Positions 9,003 to 19,437 of a stretch of DNA of 64,000 nt are shown here, piece after piece; position 1 is the stretch's first letter, and each line of letters starts with the position of its first letter. Made by a program: the position numbers and the translations under genes. Under the pieces are notes generated by a model that was not told where the DNA came from, did not search any database, and saw only the letters and a list, made by a program, of their open reading frames with translations. Origin of the DNA: an uncultured Proteiniphilum sp. (GTDB taxonomy: Bacteria > Bacteroidota > Bacteroidia > Bacteroidales > Dysgonomonadaceae); NCBI RefSeq assembly GCF_937873925.1, contig NZ_CALNAT010000256.1:327-64326 (forward strand), in the 5' to 3' direction.

Positions 9003-9960
9003 GTTTCACTACCTCCCCGAATCGTTTTGGCGTTGTGTAATTATTGATAAGTGGCGTAAAGGCATTCATCAGCAGGATCGCGAATGAAACCCCTTCGGGA
9101 TAGGCTCCCCAAAGGCGGATGGCGATGGTGATAAAGCCGATGCCTACACCGTAAATAAGCATTCCCTTTTTTGTCATGGGCGATGTTACATAGTCGGTCG
9201 CCATGAAGACCGCACCCAGCATTAATCCTCCCGAAAAGAGGTGGATCAGCGGGTTGTAGAGCGGGATGGGATTAAAGATGTAAAGTATTCCCGTGAAGAT
9301 GGCGACGGTCGCCATGATAGAAATGGGGATATGCCATGTGATGATTTTCTTCCAGAGCAACCATCCTAAGCCGAGAAGCAGTGCCAGTGCGCTCATTTCT
9401 CCCAGGGAGCCGGCTTCGGTACCCAAAAACATGGTCTGTAAAGAGGGCAGCAGTTCCGGATTCAGTTTCAGGTTGCCGAGTATGGTCGCCGAACTGACGG
9501 CATCGATCGTGAAGGCGGTTTCCGGTGCCGGCCAGACGGTCATCTGTGCCGGGAATGAGATCAGCAGGAAGATACGTCCCGCGATGGCCGGGTTAAAGAT
9601 GTTATTCCCCAATCCTCCGAAAGAGAGCTTTACCACGCCGATAGCGAACAGGCACCCCAGTGCCAGAATCCAGACGGGCAGGTTTGACGGTACGTTGAAT
9701 GCCAGCAGTACGCCGGTGATGATGGCCGAACCGTCGAGCACGGTGGGCGTTTTCTTCATCATATATTTTACGATGAGATATTCAAATCCCACGCAAAAAA
9801 GCACAGCCAAAGCGGTAATGATCAGTGCATCCAGCCGGAAGACGTACAAAGCAACCAAAAACGCCGGAATGAGCGCGATAAGCACCCCGTACATATTTTT
9901 TTGAATCGTGTCTCCGCTGTGTATATGAGGTGAAGGGGAGACAACCAGTTTGTTTTCCAT
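8995..9960 (-). CDS. rnfD: Rnf electron transport complex subunit D
   Basis: Polytopic membrane protein (SGGLMLGAVFMATDYVTSP). I start at ATG 9960 (MENKLVVSPSPHIHSGD). The ORF-track extension to 10086 overlaps the rnfC 3' end and looks spurious. Confidence 0.9.
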   Translation of the reverse strand: MENKLVVSPSPHIHSGDTIQKNMYGVLIALIPAFLVALYVFRLDALIITALAVLFCVGFEYLIVKYMMKKTPTVLDGSAIITGVLLAFNVPSNLPVWILALGCLFAIGVVKLSFGGLGNNIFNPAIAGRIFLLISFPAQMTVWPAPETAFTIDAVSSATILGNLKLNPELLPSLQTMFLGTEAGSLGEMSALALLLGLGWLLWKKIITWHIPISIMATVAIFTGILYIFNPIPLYNPLIHLFSGGLMLGAVFMATDYVTSPMTKKGMLIYGVGIGFITIAIRLWGAYPEGVSFAILLMNAFTPLINNYTTPKRFGEVVKHG

Positions 9961-9980
9961 ATTTAAAGTTACTCTACGCG

Positions 9981-11312
9981 TTAATTCTTTCTTGTCCTGA
10001 TGATTGTGTTCACTCTGCTTTTTCCCAGCCGGATATAATCGAGCAGCGGCCGGTCGGCGGGACAGGTGTAACTGCATGAACCGCATTCAATACAATCGGT
10101 GATACGGTTATTTTCCGCCCTGTCCCATACTTCAAACTCCGTCAGGTTCATCAGTAGGGTAGGGTTCAGGCCCATGGGGCACACACTTACACATTTAGCG
10201 CAACGGATACAATCCTTCATCGCCTTCCGTTTTGCCTCTAGCGTGGGAATAAGCAATATACCCGAAGTTCCTTTGGTCACCGGTACGTCGGTGCTTGCCA
10301 GCGCTTTTCCCATCATGGGGCCGCCGCTGACGATCTTTCCGGTGGTGTCCGGCAGTCCGCCGGCAGCCTCGATCAGGTTGCCCACAGGAATACCTATGCG
10401 TGAAAGGATGTTACAGGGCTGTTTCACATCCTTTCCGGTGACGGTCACTACCCGTTCAACCAGGGGCTTGTTCTTCTGTACCGCCTCATAGGCAGCCAGA
10501 ATAGTTCCTACGTTTTGTACCACCGCACCCACTGAAATGGGCAGGGCGCCGCTCGGAACCTGGCGTCCGGTCAGGGCGTCGATCAGCTGTTTTTCCCCTC
10601 CCTGGGGATACTGTACCTTCAGGGCCTCTACGCTGATGTTGGGGTATGCCTTCGCATATTTCCCGAATTTCTCAATGGCGTCTTTCTTGTTGTTTTCAAT
10701 ACCGATAATGGCTTTATCCACATTCAATGCTTCCATCACGATGGTGATCCCCACTATGATCTCCTCCGTTTTCTCCATCATCAGCCGGTGATCGGAGGTG
10801 AGCCAGGGCTCGCACTCTACTCCGTTGATAATCAGTATTTCGGGCTTGGAGCCCGGAGGAGGCGTCAGTTTTACGTGCGTGGGAAAAGTGGCACCACCCA
10901 TGCCGACAATACCGGCGGCGGCAATTTTGTCGAGGATCTCTTTGGATGAGAGCCGGCACTCTTTTTTCAGGTCGGGTGAGCGGTCGATTGACTCTTCCCA
11001 CTCATCGCCTTCCACTTTGATGATCACGGCATCACGCCGGTAGCCGCTTGCATCGATCGCTTTGTCGATTTTCACAACGGTACCCGACACGGAAGAGTGA
11101 ATATTGGCCGAGACAAATCCCACGGTCTTGCCGATGAGGGTACCGACCTTCACGGCGTCTCCTTTTTTTACCACAGGCTGGCAGGGAGCGCCGATGTGCT
11201 GGGCAAGCGGAATGATCACCTGATCGGGAGTAGCAATGGATTGTATTGCGTTTCCGGCAGATATTTTCTGTTCTTTCGGGTGAATACCGCCAATTCTGAA
11301 AGTTTTTAACAT
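9981..11312 (-). CDS. rnfC: Rnf electron transport complex subunit C
   Basis: 443 aa with two ferredoxin-type clusters near the C-terminus (CIRCAKCVSVCP, CIECGSCSYTCP) in the rnf array. Confidence 0.93.
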   Translation of the reverse strand: MLKTFRIGGIHPKEQKISAGNAIQSIATPDQVIIPLAQHIGAPCQPVVKKGDAVKVGTLIGKTVGFVSANIHSSVSGTVVKIDKAIDASGYRRDAVIIKVEGDEWEESIDRSPDLKKECRLSSKEILDKIAAAGIVGMGGATFPTHVKLTPPPGSKPEILIINGVECEPWLTSDHRLMMEKTEEIIVGITIVMEALNVDKAIIGIENNKKDAIEKFGKYAKAYPNISVEALKVQYPQGGEKQLIDALTGRQVPSGALPISVGAVVQNVGTILAAYEAVQKNKPLVERVVTVTGKDVKQPCNILSRIGIPVGNLIEAAGGLPDTTGKIVSGGPMMGKALASTDVPVTKGTSGILLIPTLEAKRKAMKDCIRCAKCVSVCPMGLNPTLLMNLTEFEVWDRAENNRITDCIECGSCSYTCPADRPLLDYIRLGKSRVNTIIRTRKN

Positions 11313-11329
11313 ATATACTATCCTTAATC

Positions 11330-12199
11330 TTATGCGTCAACTGTAGCTTTTTCCCCTTTGGGCAACTCCGGTTTCTCTTTCCGGGGCGGGAAATTCAACT
11401 CCAGGATGGAATTGGTGGGGCAGACCGGCACGCATTTACGGCAGAGCCGGCATTTGTCGTCAATAATATAAGCCAGGTTATTTTCAATGGTGATGGCTTC
11501 AAACGGACAGACCTGCTGGCATTTGCTGCATCCGATACATGCTACTTCGCACGACTTCCGGGCTACGCCTCCTTTTTCTTCATTCACGCAACTCACATAG
11601 ATACGCCGCGATTTGGGACCCTGTTTACGCAGCTCGATGATATCTTTCGGGCATGCTTTCACGCAGGCGCCACAAGCGGTACATTTATCTTCCACCACTT
11701 CGGGGAGCATGGTCTCCGGATTGATGTGAATGGCGTCGAACGCACAGGATTCCACACAGTCGCCCAGGCCGAGACAGCCGAAAGAGCATCCGGTGTCACC
11801 GCCATAAAGTACAGCGGCGATGGTACAGTTGGAAATTCCGTCATATAGGTTGGTACGGGGACGATGTTCGCATGTCCCGCTACAGCGCACCACCGCTATC
11901 TTTTTTACCGCTACCGGAGCTGCTTGCCCCAGGATCGACGCTACCTTATCCATGGTCGTCTGGCCTCCTACGGGGCAGTTGAGCCCTTCCAGCGTTTCAG
12001 CTTTCACGCAAGCCGATGCGAACGACGCGCATCCGGGAAATCCGCAGCCGCCACAGTTGGCAGCGGGCAAGGCATCCTGAACCTCCTGTATGCGAGGATC
12101 TTCCTCTACCTTGAATTTTTGTCCTATCAGGTACAATATGGCGGCGCTACCGGCGCCGATCACACCTAAAGTTACCACGGCCGTAAGTAATACACTCAT
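11330..12199 (-). CDS. rnfB: Rnf electron transport complex subunit B (polyferredoxin)
   Basis: N-terminal TM helix, CGGCGFPGC motif and several CxxCxxCxxxCP clusters. It is the first structural gene of the rnf array. Confidence 0.92.
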   Translation of the reverse strand: MSVLLTAVVTLGVIGAGSAAILYLIGQKFKVEEDPRIQEVQDALPAANCGGCGFPGCASFASACVKAETLEGLNCPVGGQTTMDKVASILGQAAPVAVKKIAVVRCSGTCEHRPRTNLYDGISNCTIAAVLYGGDTGCSFGCLGLGDCVESCAFDAIHINPETMLPEVVEDKCTACGACVKACPKDIIELRKQGPKSRRIYVSCVNEEKGGVARKSCEVACIGCSKCQQVCPFEAITIENNLAYIIDDKCRLCRKCVPVCPTNSILELNFPPRKEKPELPKGEKATVDA

Positions 12200-12228
12200 A
12201 TTTTCATTTTATGATTATAGTAAAAAGT

Positions 12229-12364
12229 TTCAAACTAAAAGCTAAAAGTGAAAAGTTTGGGATCTTTGGTTTGGGAATTGAGATTTGTGATATTACTTAA
12301 CCACTTGATCAATCATCGTCACATCATCTCATCGTCACATCATCAAATTAGTTCATCTAATCAT
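12229..12364. repeat. Periodic word tract in the rnfB / rseC-like spacer
   Basis: AAAAGTTTCAAACTAAAAGCTAAAAGTGAAAAG..., then seven octamers ending in (C/A)AT at 12309-12364. These include ATCGTCACATCATC twice (12315-12328 and 12331-12344). The tract runs into the rseC-like stop codon. Confidence 0.8.
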
Positions 12365-12782
12365 CTTCCCACCCAATCACCTTTTTTATACCGAATTGAA
12401 ACGAGTTTGCCATTTTTTTTCTCAGAAGATAAAGCATCAGGTAGTAGGGAATGAGAGCGCCCATAGCACTGATTGCCGCCTCCGTTTCATTGAAATTCCA
12501 CAACGATAGAGTGAAAATAAGCGTTAAAATGAGGATAATCAGCGGAAGAACAAACGCCCAGACAACAGCTTTGTGGCCCATTGACTCTTTTGCTTCGATA
12601 ATCACCCGTTCGTTTTCACGGAACCGGCCGGAAAAGTCAGCTATTTCGATCAGCTTCTCTTTCGAGTCGGCAGCCATGCAGGTCCCGTGGGCATGACACG
12701 CACTGCAGGCCGATTGTTGCAGGATACGTACGGTTACCTGATTGCCGCTGATTTTCTCAATGATTCCTTCGTGTTCGATCAT
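12357..12782 (-). CDS. RseC/MucC-like (SoxR-reducing-system) small membrane protein
   Basis: 141 aa with an N-terminal Cys-rich segment (SACSACHAHGTC) and two TM helices. It lies immediately upstream of rnfB, the usual position for this family. Confidence 0.75.
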   Translation of the reverse strand: MIEHEGIIEKISGNQVTVRILQQSACSACHAHGTCMAADSKEKLIEIADFSGRFRENERVIIEAKESMGHKAVVWAFVLPLIILILTLIFTLSLWNFNETEAAISAMGALIPYYLMLYLLRKKMANSFQFGIKKVIGWEDD

Positions 12783-12819
12783 GAAATAATCCCTTACTCT
12801 CTCACATGTAATTTAAGTA

Positions 12820-12827
12820 CAAAGTTA
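12820..12827 (-). promoter_or_regulatory. Candidate -7 box TAACTTTG upstream of rseC-like/rnf operon
   Basis: The plus strand reads CAAAGTTA, the reverse complement of TAnnTTTG, 38 nt upstream of the start at 12782. Confidence 0.45.
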
Positions 12828-13077
12828 AGATTATTTTCGTGATAAGTAAAAGTTTTTTGAACTTACTCATGGTTCAGACGTTAAGAAACGATTGAAGTAT
12901 TCGGTATTCGATTTTTCATTCTGATATCTCGGTGCGAAGTATAGATTTTATTTATAATATAACCGCAATAAGTTTCGCTGAATCAGCCGAACATTTACGG
13001 AAAGATATTTGTTAAAAAGCTGAATAGCGGTGCAGAACGGCGAATTTAAAAAGTAACATATTTAATACTCTATCCTT

Positions 13078-15333
13078 ATGGGTTTTGACATTGACATGAT
13101 TCGAATGGTTTATAATCATCTTCCTGAAAAAATCAGGCAGGCAAAAGATATCTTACAGCGGCCTTTGACTCTGACCGAAAAGATCCTTTTTGCGCATCTC
13201 TGGTCCGGGGTTCCGGTAAAGGATTACCAGCGTGCAAACGATTATGTGGATTTTGCTCCCGATCGCGTGGCGATGCAGGATGCCACAGCGCAGATGGCGC
13301 TGCTGCAACTGATGAATTCCGGACGGACCAGCGTAGCGGTACCTTCCACTGTGCACTGTGACCATTTGATACAGGCCTATAAGGATGCCGATACCGATCT
13401 GGAGACTGCCAACATAACCAACAGGGAGGTATACGAGTTCCTTCGTGATGTCTCCAATAAATATGGGATCGGTTTCTGGAAACCCGGCGCCGGGATCATT
13501 CACCAGGTAGTGCTCGAAAACTACGCTTTCCCCGGCGGAATGATGGTGGGTACCGACTCGCATACGCCCAACGCGGGCGGGCTGGGTATGATCGCCATTG
13601 GCGTGGGCGGCGCCGACGCGGTGGATGTGATGGCCTGCCTGCCCTGGGAACTGAAGATGCCGAAGTTGATCGGTGTGAAGCTTACAGGGAGATTGTCGGG
13701 ATGGAGCGCCCCCAAGGATGTGATACTGAAAGTGGCAGGTATTCTCACTGTGAAAGGGGGTACCAATGCCGTTATCGAATATTTCGGCGAGGGAGCGGAA
13801 TCGCTTTCGGCCACAGGGAAAGGTACCATTTGTAATATGGGAGCCGAAGTGGGGGCTACTACCTCCATTTTCCCGTTCGACGAAAAATCAGCGGCCTATC
13901 TGGAAAGTACGGGCAGGAAAGAGGTGGCCGACGAGGCGCGTAAGATCAGGGAGCACCTGCAGCCCGATCCGGAAGTGGTTGCCCGGCCCGGACAATATTA
14001 TGACCAACTGATCGAAATAGACCTTTCTACCCTGGAACCGCATATCAACGGGCCGTTTACCCCCGATGCGGCCTATACCATTTCGGAATTCGGCAAGACG
14101 GTGAAAGAGAATAACTATCCGCGAAAAATGGAGGTGGGATTGATCGGTTCATGTACCAACTCATCGTATGAAGATCTTACCCGGGCGGTTTCCATTGTGA
14201 AACAGGTGCGTGAGGAGGGAGTGCCCGTGAAAGCGCAGTTCCTGATCAACCCCGGCTCGGAGCAGATCCGGTATACGGCGGAACGCGACGGGATCCTGCA
14301 GGTGTTTGAGGATGCCGGAGCCACCATTATCGCCAATGCCTGCGGCCCCTGTATCGGTCAGTGGAAGCGTGATGATGATGTGAAGGACCGCGTTAATTCC
14401 ATCGTTACTTCGTTCAACCGTAATTTCGCCAAGCGGAACGACGGCAATCCCAATACACATGCGTTTGTGACATCGCCCGAACTGGTGGCCGCGCTCACCA
14501 TTGCCGGCGATCTCTGCTTCAACCCGTTGACGGATACGCTCGAAAATTATAAAGGGGAGCAGGTGAAACTGGCCGAACCGACTGGATTCGAAATGCCGCC
14601 CGGCGGTTACGATGTGAAAGATGCGGGATACCTGGCGCCCTCGGAAGACGGAAGGAACGTGCAGGTAACCATCGATCCCGATTCGAAACGGCTGCAAAAA
14701 CTGGACCCTTTCCCTGCATGGAATGGCGAGGACTATATAGGGCTGCCACTGCTCATTAAAGTGAAAGGAAAATGCACTACCGACCATATTTCCATGGCCG
14801 GGCCGTGGCTTCGCTTCCGCGGTCATCTCGACAATATTTCCGATAACATGCTGATCGGGGCGGTGAACGCTTTCAATAACGAAACCAACGCCGTACTCGA
14901 TCCCGGTACCATGGGCTATTCCCCCGTGCCGGTACTGGCCAGGAAGTTCAAGGCCGGGGGGGTAGGGTCGGTGGTGGTTGCCGAGGAGAACTACGGGGAA
15001 GGGTCGAGCCGTGAGCATGCCGCCATGGAGCCGCGCCATCTGAACGTGAAGGTGATCCTGGTCAAATCGTTTGCCCGGATTCATGAGACCAATCTGAAGA
15101 AACAAGGTATGTTGGCGCTCACCTTTGTGAATAAAGAGGATTACGATAAGGTGCAGGAGAGGGACAAGATCAGCGTAAAAGGGCTGAAGGATTTCGCTCC
15201 CGGCAGAACCCTGACTGTGGAACTGCTTCATGCCGACGGCACGAAAAATACTTTTGAAGCTGCCCACACTTATAATACACAACAAATAGAGTGGTTCAGA
15301 GCAGGAAGTGCCCTGAATGCCATGAATAAATAA
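13078..15333 (+). CDS. acn: Aconitate hydratase (mitochondrial-type)
   Basis: 751 aa with Fe-S ligand contexts GSCTNSS and [10 protein letters not shown] plus a swivel domain. It is followed by icd and citrate synthase. Confidence 0.95.
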   Translation: MGFDIDMIRMVYNHLPEKIRQAKDILQRPLTLTEKILFAHLWSGVPVKDYQRANDYVDFAPDRVAMQDATAQMALLQLMNSGRTSVAVPSTVHCDHLIQAYKDADTDLETANITNREVYEFLRDVSNKYGIGFWKPGAGIIHQVVLENYAFPGGMMVGTDSHTPNAGGLGMIAIGVGGADAVDVMACLPWELKMPKLIGVKLTGRLSGWSAPKDVILKVAGILTVKGGTNAVIEYFGEGAESLSATGKGTICNMGAEVGATTSIFPFDEKSAAYLESTGRKEVADEARKIREHLQPDPEVVARPGQYYDQLIEIDLSTLEPHINGPFTPDAAYTISEFGKTVKENNYPRKMEVGLIGSCTNSSYEDLTRAVSIVKQVREEGVPVKAQFLINPGSEQIRYTAERDGILQVFEDAGATIIANACGPCIGQWKRDDDVKDRVNSIVTSFNRNFAKRNDGNPNTHAFVTSPELVAALTIAGDLCFNPLTDTLENYKGEQVKLAEPTGFEMPPGGYDVKDAGYLAPSEDGRNVQVTIDPDSKRLQKLDPFPAWNGEDYIGLPLLIKVKGKCTTDHISMAGPWLRFRGHLDNISDNMLIGAVNAFNNETNAVLDPGTMGYSPVPVLARKFKAGGVGSVVVAEENYGEGSSREHAAMEPRHLNVKVILVKSFARIHETNLKKQGMLALTFVNKEDYDKVQERDKISVKGLKDFAPGRTLTVELLHADGTKNTFEAAHTYNTQQIEWFRAGSALNAMNK

Positions 15334-15367
15334 ATCTTGATCTTCATTTTATACGATTTTCTACGGT

Positions 15368-16684
15368 ATGGTGTATGAAACCCGCGATACTCATGACTCA
15401 GGATCTGATAACTTGGATGCCCCTTTCATGTATATAACCCGCCAGGACGGCCGGCTTGCCGTGCCCGGTCATCCGGTCATACCTTATATTGAGGGCGACG
15501 GGATAGGCAAAGAAATCACCCCTCATGTACAGAGGATTGTCGACAGGGCTGTCGACAAAACATACCGAGGGAAACGGAAAATTGAGTGGAAAGAGGTGCT
15601 TGCAGGCGAAAAAGCTTTCAATGAAGTGGGGAGCTGGCTGCCAAAGGAGACGATGGAGGTGTTCCGCACCTGCCTGGTGGGAATAAAAGGGCCGCTCACC
15701 ACACCGGTAGGCGAGGGGATACGCTCACTCAATGTGGCGCTGCGCCAGGAATTAGACCTCTATGTATGCCTTCGTCCCGTGCGATGGTTCCGGGGAGTGG
15801 CGACACCTTTATTGCATCCTGAAAAGGTGCATGTCACTATTTTCCGCGAGAATACGGAGGATATCTATGCCGGCATAGAGTGGGCTGCCGGCACACCGGA
15901 GTTGAAGAAAGTATTGAAATTCCTGCAGGAGGAGATGGGCGTAGGGAAGATCCGGTTTCCGGAGACTACCTCTATCGGCGTCAAGCCTGTCTCTGTGGAG
16001 GGAACGGAGAGGTTGGTGCGGGCGGCTATCGAGTATGCCCTGAAGCACGGGCTGCCTTCGGTGACCCTGGTACACAAAGGCAACATCATGAAATTTACCG
16101 AAGGCGGTTTCAAGAAATGGGGCTATGCCCTTGCCGAGCGGGAATTTCCCGACCAGACATTTACTGAACATAGTTTTAATAAGATAAAGGCTGAACGGGG
16201 CCTCGAAAGAGCGGTGGAAGCTTACAATCTTGCCGTTGAATCGGGAAAGGTTTTTATTAAGGATGTGATTGCCGATGCGTTCCTTCAGAATACTCTCCTT
16301 AAACCGGAAGAGTATTCCGTGATCGCAACCCTTAATCTGAACGGCGATTATATTTCCGACCAGCTGGCGGCCATGGTGGGCGGCATCGGTATAGCACCGG
16401 GCGCCAATATCAATTACCATACGGGGCATGCCATTTTTGAGGCGACCCACGGAACAGCGCCCGATATTGTAGGAAAAGACAAGGCAAACCCCTGTTCCAT
16501 GCTGCTCTCGGCTGTAATGATGCTGGAGTATATGGGATGGCAGGAAGCCGGTAACCTGATTACCCATGCACTGGAGACACTCTTTGAAAACGGGTACGGA
16601 ACTTCCGATCTGGCGCGGTTTATGGAAAACGGCAAACCCTTGTCGACATCCGATTTTTCCCGCAAAGTGATTGAAAATTTATAA
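15368..16684 (+). CDS. icd: Isocitrate dehydrogenase, prokaryotic homodimeric (E. coli Icd-like) type
   Basis: Near-colinear with remembered E. coli Icd motifs ([62 protein letters not shown]). The start is uncertain: 15368 or the internal ATG at 15428. Confidence 0.9.
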   Translation: MVYETRDTHDSGSDNLDAPFMYITRQDGRLAVPGHPVIPYIEGDGIGKEITPHVQRIVDRAVDKTYRGKRKIEWKEVLAGEKAFNEVGSWLPKETMEVFRTCLVGIKGPLTTPVGEGIRSLNVALRQELDLYVCLRPVRWFRGVATPLLHPEKVHVTIFRENTEDIYAGIEWAAGTPELKKVLKFLQEEMGVGKIRFPETTSIGVKPVSVEGTERLVRAAIEYALKHGLPSVTLVHKGNIMKFTEGGFKKWGYALAEREFPDQTFTEHSFNKIKAERGLERAVEAYNLAVESGKVFIKDVIADAFLQNTLLKPEEYSVIATLNLNGDYISDQLAAMVGGIGIAPGANINYHTGHAIFEATHGTAPDIVGKDKANPCSMLLSAVMMLEYMGWQEAGNLITHALETLFENGYGTSDLARFMENGKPLSTSDFSRKVIENL

Positions 16685-16784
16685 AAAGGCTCGCTTTTGT
16701 AAACAAAAAGAGGTAAGAGAATGTTAAAAAGACAGGAATACCATTATCTGTCGCCATTTAAGAATAAAAACAAAATATATCACT

Positions 16785-18140
16785 ATGGATAATGAACAAT
16801 TGAGGAAAACATTGTCGGACTCCGTTGCCTTCACAAGCAATATCGACAAGGAACTTTTTACTAAGATGGGTGTGAAGCGCGGCCTTCGTAATGAAGATCA
16901 TTCGGGAGTGCTCGCCGGGCTTACCCGTGTAGGAGATGTCGTGGGTTACGAACGCCAGGAGGACGGCACATTGACTCCCATTCCCGGCAAACTCTACTAT
17001 CGCGGAATGGATGTGGAGGAGTTGGTGAAAGGCATACAGCGGGAAAACCGTTTGGGTTTCGAGGAGACCACTTTTCTACTCCTGTCGGGCAGCCTGCCCA
17101 ACAGGGAGGAACTGGAGGCCATGAAACGACTGATCGCACAGACCATGCCCCTGAACCATAACGCAACTATGAGCATCCTCTCACTGAAAGGTAAAGACGT
17201 CATGAATATTCTGGCAAGGAGTGTGCTGGAGTTGTATATCTACGATGAAACCCCGGATGATATCTCTGCCGATAATCTTGTGAACCAGTCTATTAATCTG
17301 ATTGCTAAGTTCCCTACTATCATCGCCTATGCTTACCAGGTGCTGCGGCACGATCACGAGGGACGATCGTTACATGTGCGCCTTCCCCATGAAGACTGTT
17401 CCGTGGCCGAAAACTTCCTTTTTATGGTGAAAGGGCGGGACAATTATACCGAGCTCGATGTGAAGATTCTCGACCTGGCGCTGATCCTTCATGCGGAACA
17501 TGGAGGAGGAAATAACTCCACCTTCTCGGTACGGGTCACCAGTTCGACCGAAACGGACACTTATTCTGCCATTGCAGCCGGTATCGGTTCATTGAAAGGG
17601 CCTCTCCACGGAGGAGCCAACATCAAGGTGCAGGGTATGCTGGAAGATATGAAGAAAAATGTGAAAGACTGGACGAGCCCGCAGCAGGTGGACGACTATC
17701 TGATGAAGATACTGAAAAAAGAGGCGTACGACCGTACCGGACTTATCTATGGGATTGGTCATGCTGTTTACACCGTGAGCGACCCGCGCGCCATATTGTT
17801 GAAAGAGATGGCGCGCGACCTGGCCAAAGAGAAAGGACGTGAAGATGAATTCGCCTTTATGGAGTTGATAGAGGAGCGTGCCGTGGAGGTGTTTCTCGGT
17901 TTCAAAAAAAGTACGGCCAAAGCCCGGACCTGTATCAATGTCGACTTCTATTCAGGGTTTGTATACGATGCCATCGGATTGCCGTCGGAAGTATTCACAC
18001 CACTCTTCGCGATGGCCCGTATTGTGGGCTGGTCGGCTCACCGGATCGAGGAGATGAATTTCGCCAGCAAGCGCCTGATCCGTCCCGCATACAAGAATGT
18101 GCGTGAAAAACAATCCTTTGTCCCGATGAATCAAAGATAA
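16785..18140 (+). CDS. gltA: Citrate synthase
   Basis: 451 aa with HAEHGGGNNSTF and GIGHAVY active-site contexts, inside the TCA operon. Confidence 0.92.
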   Translation: MDNEQLRKTLSDSVAFTSNIDKELFTKMGVKRGLRNEDHSGVLAGLTRVGDVVGYERQEDGTLTPIPGKLYYRGMDVEELVKGIQRENRLGFEETTFLLLSGSLPNREELEAMKRLIAQTMPLNHNATMSILSLKGKDVMNILARSVLELYIYDETPDDISADNLVNQSINLIAKFPTIIAYAYQVLRHDHEGRSLHVRLPHEDCSVAENFLFMVKGRDNYTELDVKILDLALILHAEHGGGNNSTFSVRVTSSTETDTYSAIAAGIGSLKGPLHGGANIKVQGMLEDMKKNVKDWTSPQQVDDYLMKILKKEAYDRTGLIYGIGHAVYTVSDPRAILLKEMARDLAKEKGREDEFAFMELIEERAVEVFLGFKKSTAKARTCINVDFYSGFVYDAIGLPSEVFTPLFAMARIVGWSAHRIEEMNFASKRLIRPAYKNVREKQSFVPMNQR

Positions 18141-18144
18141 TTGA

Positions 18145-19371
18145 ATGCAAAAAATAAAAGTAAATAATCCTGTCGTTGAGCTGGATGGCGATGAGATGAC
18201 CCGTATCATCTGGTCGTTCATCAAAGAACAGTTGATCTTACCCTATCTCGACCTGGATATTAAATATTACGACCTCAGTATACAACATCGCGATGCAACG
18301 GAGGACCGTGTGACGGTAGAGGCTGCCGAAGCCATCAAAAAATACAATGTAGGGATCAAGTGTGCCACTATCACGCCCGACGAGGCGCGTGTGAAGGAAT
18401 TCGGACTGAAGCAGATGTGGAAGTCTCCCAACGGAACTATCCGTAATATCGTGGGTGGGACTGTATTCCGGGAACCGATCATCTGCAGCAATATTCCCCG
18501 TTATGTACAGGGATGGACCGAGCCGATCGTTATCGGCCGTCATGCCTTTGGAGACCAGTACCGCGCCACCGATAAGGTGATTAAGGGGAAAGGGACGCTT
18601 CGCCTTACGTTCACCAATGAAGAGGGTGAAACGCAGAGCTGGGAGGTATACGACTTCAACGGCGACGGTGTGGCCATGGCGATGTACAACACCGACGAAT
18701 CTATCTACGGATTTGCCCGCTCATCCTTCCAGATGGCGCTGACCAAAAAATACCCGCTCTATATGTCCACCAAGAACACTATCCTGAAAGCCTATGATGG
18801 ACGCTTCAAGGATATCTTCCAGGAGGTGTATGAGAATGAATTCAAAACCGAATTCCAGAAAGCCGGCATCACTTACGAACACCGGTTGATCGACGATATG
18901 GTGGCGTCGGCTATGAAGTGGAGTGGCGGATTTGTGTGGGCATGTAAGAATTATGACGGTGATGTACAGTCAGATACGGTAGCACAGGGATTCGGTTCAT
19001 TGGGGATGATGTCCTCCGTACTGGTTACGCCCGACGGCCTGACGGTAGAAGCCGAAGCGGCACACGGGACGGTAACACGGCACTACCGTCAGCATCAGCA
19101 GGGTAAAGAGACCAGTACCAACCCCATCGCCTCTATCTTCGCATGGACACGCGGACTGGCGCACCGGGGCCGGCTCGATGGTAATCAGCCGCTTATCGAC
19201 TTCTGTGAGAAGCTGGAACAGGTATGTATAGAGACCGTGGAAGGTGGTAGGATGACCAAAGATCTGGCACTTCTGGTCTATGGAAATGATGCATCACGCG
19301 ATACGTACCTCACTACGCAGGAGTTCCTGCACGCGTTGAAACGTAATTTAGATGCCAAATTAACTCACTGA
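18145..19371 (+). CDS. NADP-isocitrate dehydrogenase, eukaryote-like (type II) subfamily
   Basis: 408 aa. Motifs [26 protein letters not shown] and a DGDVQSD-type region are typical of IDH1/IDH2-like enzymes. The start lies 4 nt after the citrate synthase stop. Confidence 0.9.
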   Translation: MQKIKVNNPVVELDGDEMTRIIWSFIKEQLILPYLDLDIKYYDLSIQHRDATEDRVTVEAAEAIKKYNVGIKCATITPDEARVKEFGLKQMWKSPNGTIRNIVGGTVFREPIICSNIPRYVQGWTEPIVIGRHAFGDQYRATDKVIKGKGTLRLTFTNEEGETQSWEVYDFNGDGVAMAMYNTDESIYGFARSSFQMALTKKYPLYMSTKNTILKAYDGRFKDIFQEVYENEFKTEFQKAGITYEHRLIDDMVASAMKWSGGFVWACKNYDGDVQSDTVAQGFGSLGMMSSVLVTPDGLTVEAEAAHGTVTRHYRQHQQGKETSTNPIASIFAWTRGLAHRGRLDGNQPLIDFCEKLEQVCIETVEGGRMTKDLALLVYGNDASRDTYLTTQEFLHALKRNLDAKLTH

Positions 19372-19391
19372 GAAGTATCTGAGTATAAATA

Positions 19392-19417
19392 CAGGGGCGG
19401 CCAAATGGTCGCCCCTG
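19392..19417. terminator. GC-rich hairpin between convergent IDH and the EF-G paralog
   Basis: CAGGGGCGGCC-AAAT-GGTCGCCCCTG forms an 11-bp stem with one G-U pair. There is no clear U-run on either side. Confidence 0.5.
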
Positions 19418-19437
19418 ATGTTGAATAATATATGTTA

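Noticed and set aside
9961-10086. N-terminal 42-codon extension of the rnfD ORF
   Set aside because: It overlaps the 3' end of rnfC and encodes an Arg/Lys-rich non-membrane peptide. It precedes a clean MENKLVVSPSPHIHSGD start located 20 nt after the rnfC stop.
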